Below, one piece after another: positions 61,815-64,000 of a stretch of DNA of 64,000 nt; positions within the stretch are counted from its first letter, which is position 1, and each line of letters begins with the position of its first letter. The position numbers and the translations under genes were made by a program. This DNA is from Marsupella aquatica. Lineage: Eukaryota > Plantae > Marchantiophyta. The notes below the pieces were generated by a model. That model had not been told where the DNA came from. It did not search any database and saw nothing but the letters and a program-made list of their open reading frames with translations. The stretch spans positions 13,705,934 through 13,769,933 of the forward strand of contig OZ316899.1 in NCBI GenBank assembly GCA_973895155.1, given 5' to 3'.

Positions 61815-62777
61815 CAAACACTTTGGCAATCACTCGGGGAGTGAGATAGAAATCCTTCCCATACACCCTTGTGGAATTGGTCTCGGGCTCCCATGATCCC
61901 ACGAATTCTAGTAAGTCTGAATCCGGCACCTCCGGCTTCAGCCATGGTAAATTTATGAAGGCTTCCAAGCCGGATCCGGCCATGAAGCCCTGGTATTTTT
62001 GAGTCTGCATAGCCGTAAAGCATGCATCCTCTTCCCGTGCAAAGTGTAATTGCACCTCCTTGGGGAGGGTCGCTGCCCAGCCTTTCTAGGTGTCATCTCT
62101 TGTTGGAACGACATTGATGGGGTCAACCTCCTCCTCTTTGGCTTTCGCCTGCCTCCTGCTTCCCTGCTCTGCTGGTTTCCTGGCTGCCGCCGACCTCATT
62201 CTTTTTGCAGGGGTGGCTTCTTCGTTGTTGTTCCCTTTCCTCTTCATAGCGGCTGCCATGGATGTTTCTCCTAGCATGGTTGCCTTCATCCACCCCTCTG
62301 TGCTACCCTTCAACTCCCAGTGTATGTCGTTGCAGCGGTTGATGGCCTCCTGGATGCCGACTGTTCTGTTCTCACAAAACAGAAGATCGTCGAGTTCATC
62401 GATAGTAGGCGTCCACAAGAGTTCAGCCGTAATGAGTTCTCCTCCTAAGAAGGCAGACTTCTGTAGTTCCCACAGCCGAGCGAGCTCCTGCCGTTCTTGA
62501 GCCGCTCTCTCCGATTCTTCGTCCTCGTAGGTCCCAATGTACTCAGTTGCCCGTTCTAATAGGCATCCCCAAAAATGAGCAGCTTGATTAACGTTGCTCA
62601 TACCCTTCTTGAGTTGATTGTCGGTATCTGCTTCCACCCCAAATGCTTGCCTGAGCAGCGAACAGTAGTTGGCCTCCCGTAGTCGTTCGCTTGGCTCGTG
62701 CTTGCAAATGAGCCGCCATTCCTTGCGCTCGGTCCTTACCCCCCCTTGGCTGGTCTTCCTTCCCGTTGGTTACTCAT
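61815..62777 (-). pseudogene. Antisense ORF with PMD-like (LPW / W.PET) domain, truncated by solo LTR copy 3
   Basis: ORFs 62086-62637 and 61810-62055 are in frame; ungapped alignment to the LTR-B protein. Confidence 0.75.
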
Positions 62778-63196
62778 AGCCGCCGGTACTTAGCGCGCCC
62801 TAACCCTAATCGTGTTCCCTCCCCCGGCATCCTTACTTTCAGCCTTGGCTCGGGTTCCATAGTCACCCTTAATTGTTTATATTTCCCTATTTTTGTTACT
62901 ATACTAAGGTGTTTCCTAGGGTACACTCCTGATTTTACTATTTAAACTGACCTAATGATTCCTGGCTAGGCATCACACATTGCCGCCAGGACGCCCGACC
63001 ACCTGAAATGCAAGAATACAACTCGGACCACGCAGAACACACCATCCGACACCATCAACAAACAACAAAGAACTCTACGACTACGAAGAACCAGTTCACC
63101 AGACTGGACAGTCATAAAAGATACACCTAGTAAAACAAAAAGAAGAACACTTACTGTTACAAACTGACCAAGATAAGGGCAATAGGCCAAACTATC

Positions 63197-63269
63197 AAAT
63201 GGGTGATGGTAACACTCTTTCCCCCCACAAAGGCGGAGGGGGGGTTTTAATGAGGTTACATCCCCATTT
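63197..63269 (+). other. ENE-like stem-loop, Copia 3
   Basis: GATGGTAAC-ACTCTTT-CCCCCC..GGGGGG-TTTTAATGAG-GTTACATC. Confidence 0.75.
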
Positions 63270-64000
63270 AAATAGACACAATAGCTTAGGCCTCAATATA
63301 AAACAGAGTAGACACAAGTGGGAGTATCATTTACCCAGAAATGTTACCCCCAAGGGGGAGTGTTATAACCCTAGTTAGACCTAGTATAACCCAGGGTTAT
63401 GTCTACTCTACCAGGGGCAGGAATAATTGCCTAACTACCAAGTCCTTAGGGACACACTATGTAACACCTCGGAGATGGAATGGAAGGATTGATTCTATGG
63501 AGAACACAACAGTTGTAGAATAAATAATCAAGATTCTTTGTACAAATCTTGAGATATGTAGCTCTAGGTATTTAGCCTAAGGTTGTTAAGAAAGATTCTT
63601 GACCTTAGATGTACTATGGCAATTGAGTGGCTTTGATTGGATTTGAGTGGAGGTCATAGGGCACCAACCATATAAATAAGAGGGAGTGGAGGCTCACTTC
63701 CTCACTTGCTCATTAGTTGCTCACTTGCTTGGAGGGGCGCCACTGGTTGGGACTCAAGGAAGGAGGAGTGGGGATTAGTGAGGAGTCAGAGTGTGTGGCA
63801 CCTTGGGAGTTAGGAGCTAGTGTTCATGAAAGACTCTAGTATTGAAGACCTTGGGTGGAGCCCAAGCTTGTACTAAGTTTACTTGATATAAACCTATGTG
63901 TCTTCTTTCCTTGGACACTCTTATTCTAACTTGTGAAGGGAGTGTGATACTTTCTTTCGACGGTTTTATGACATGTTTTTGACGGTTTTCTTTTGACATT

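Larger units (their letters stand above)
61815..64000 (+). mobile_element. 3' part of Bianca-like Copia element 3: antisense extra ORF, ENE, PPT 63352-63360, LTR from 63361
   Basis: CCAAGGGGGAG|TGTTA junction and ENE motif shared with Copia 1 and 2; pol is not in the window. Confidence 0.7.

Overview
Eukaryotic, intron-containing and almost entirely transposon-derived DNA. The element types and proteins look like a non-seed land plant, probably a bryophyte/liverwort (inference). The window is a nest of insertions: two Ty3/Gypsy lineages plus a non-autonomous derivative; three Bianca-type Ty1/Copia elements (two complete with target-site duplications, TSDs); three copies of a ~4 kb solo LTR; two CACTA elements (one carrying a 5S rRNA promoter fragment); an L1-clade LINE; two MITEs; and a degenerate P-element-like transposase gene. 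Highlights: (1) giant LTRs that contain their own TATA-driven ~878-codon gene (plant-mobile-domain (PMD)-like core plus coiled coil), so solo LTRs are self-contained gene cassettes; (2) the same domain is also carried antisense by a Copia element and by a third unit; (3) two distant paralogs of an unrecognised small Cys/His protein with spliced non-coding leaders; (4) a P-superfamily-like transposase in a plant-type genome; (5) several cis-acting signals: ENE-type stem-loops, a central PPT inside an RT insertion, and a -1 frameshift pseudoknot after the protease. All family assignments come from motif recognition by eye; no searches were run.
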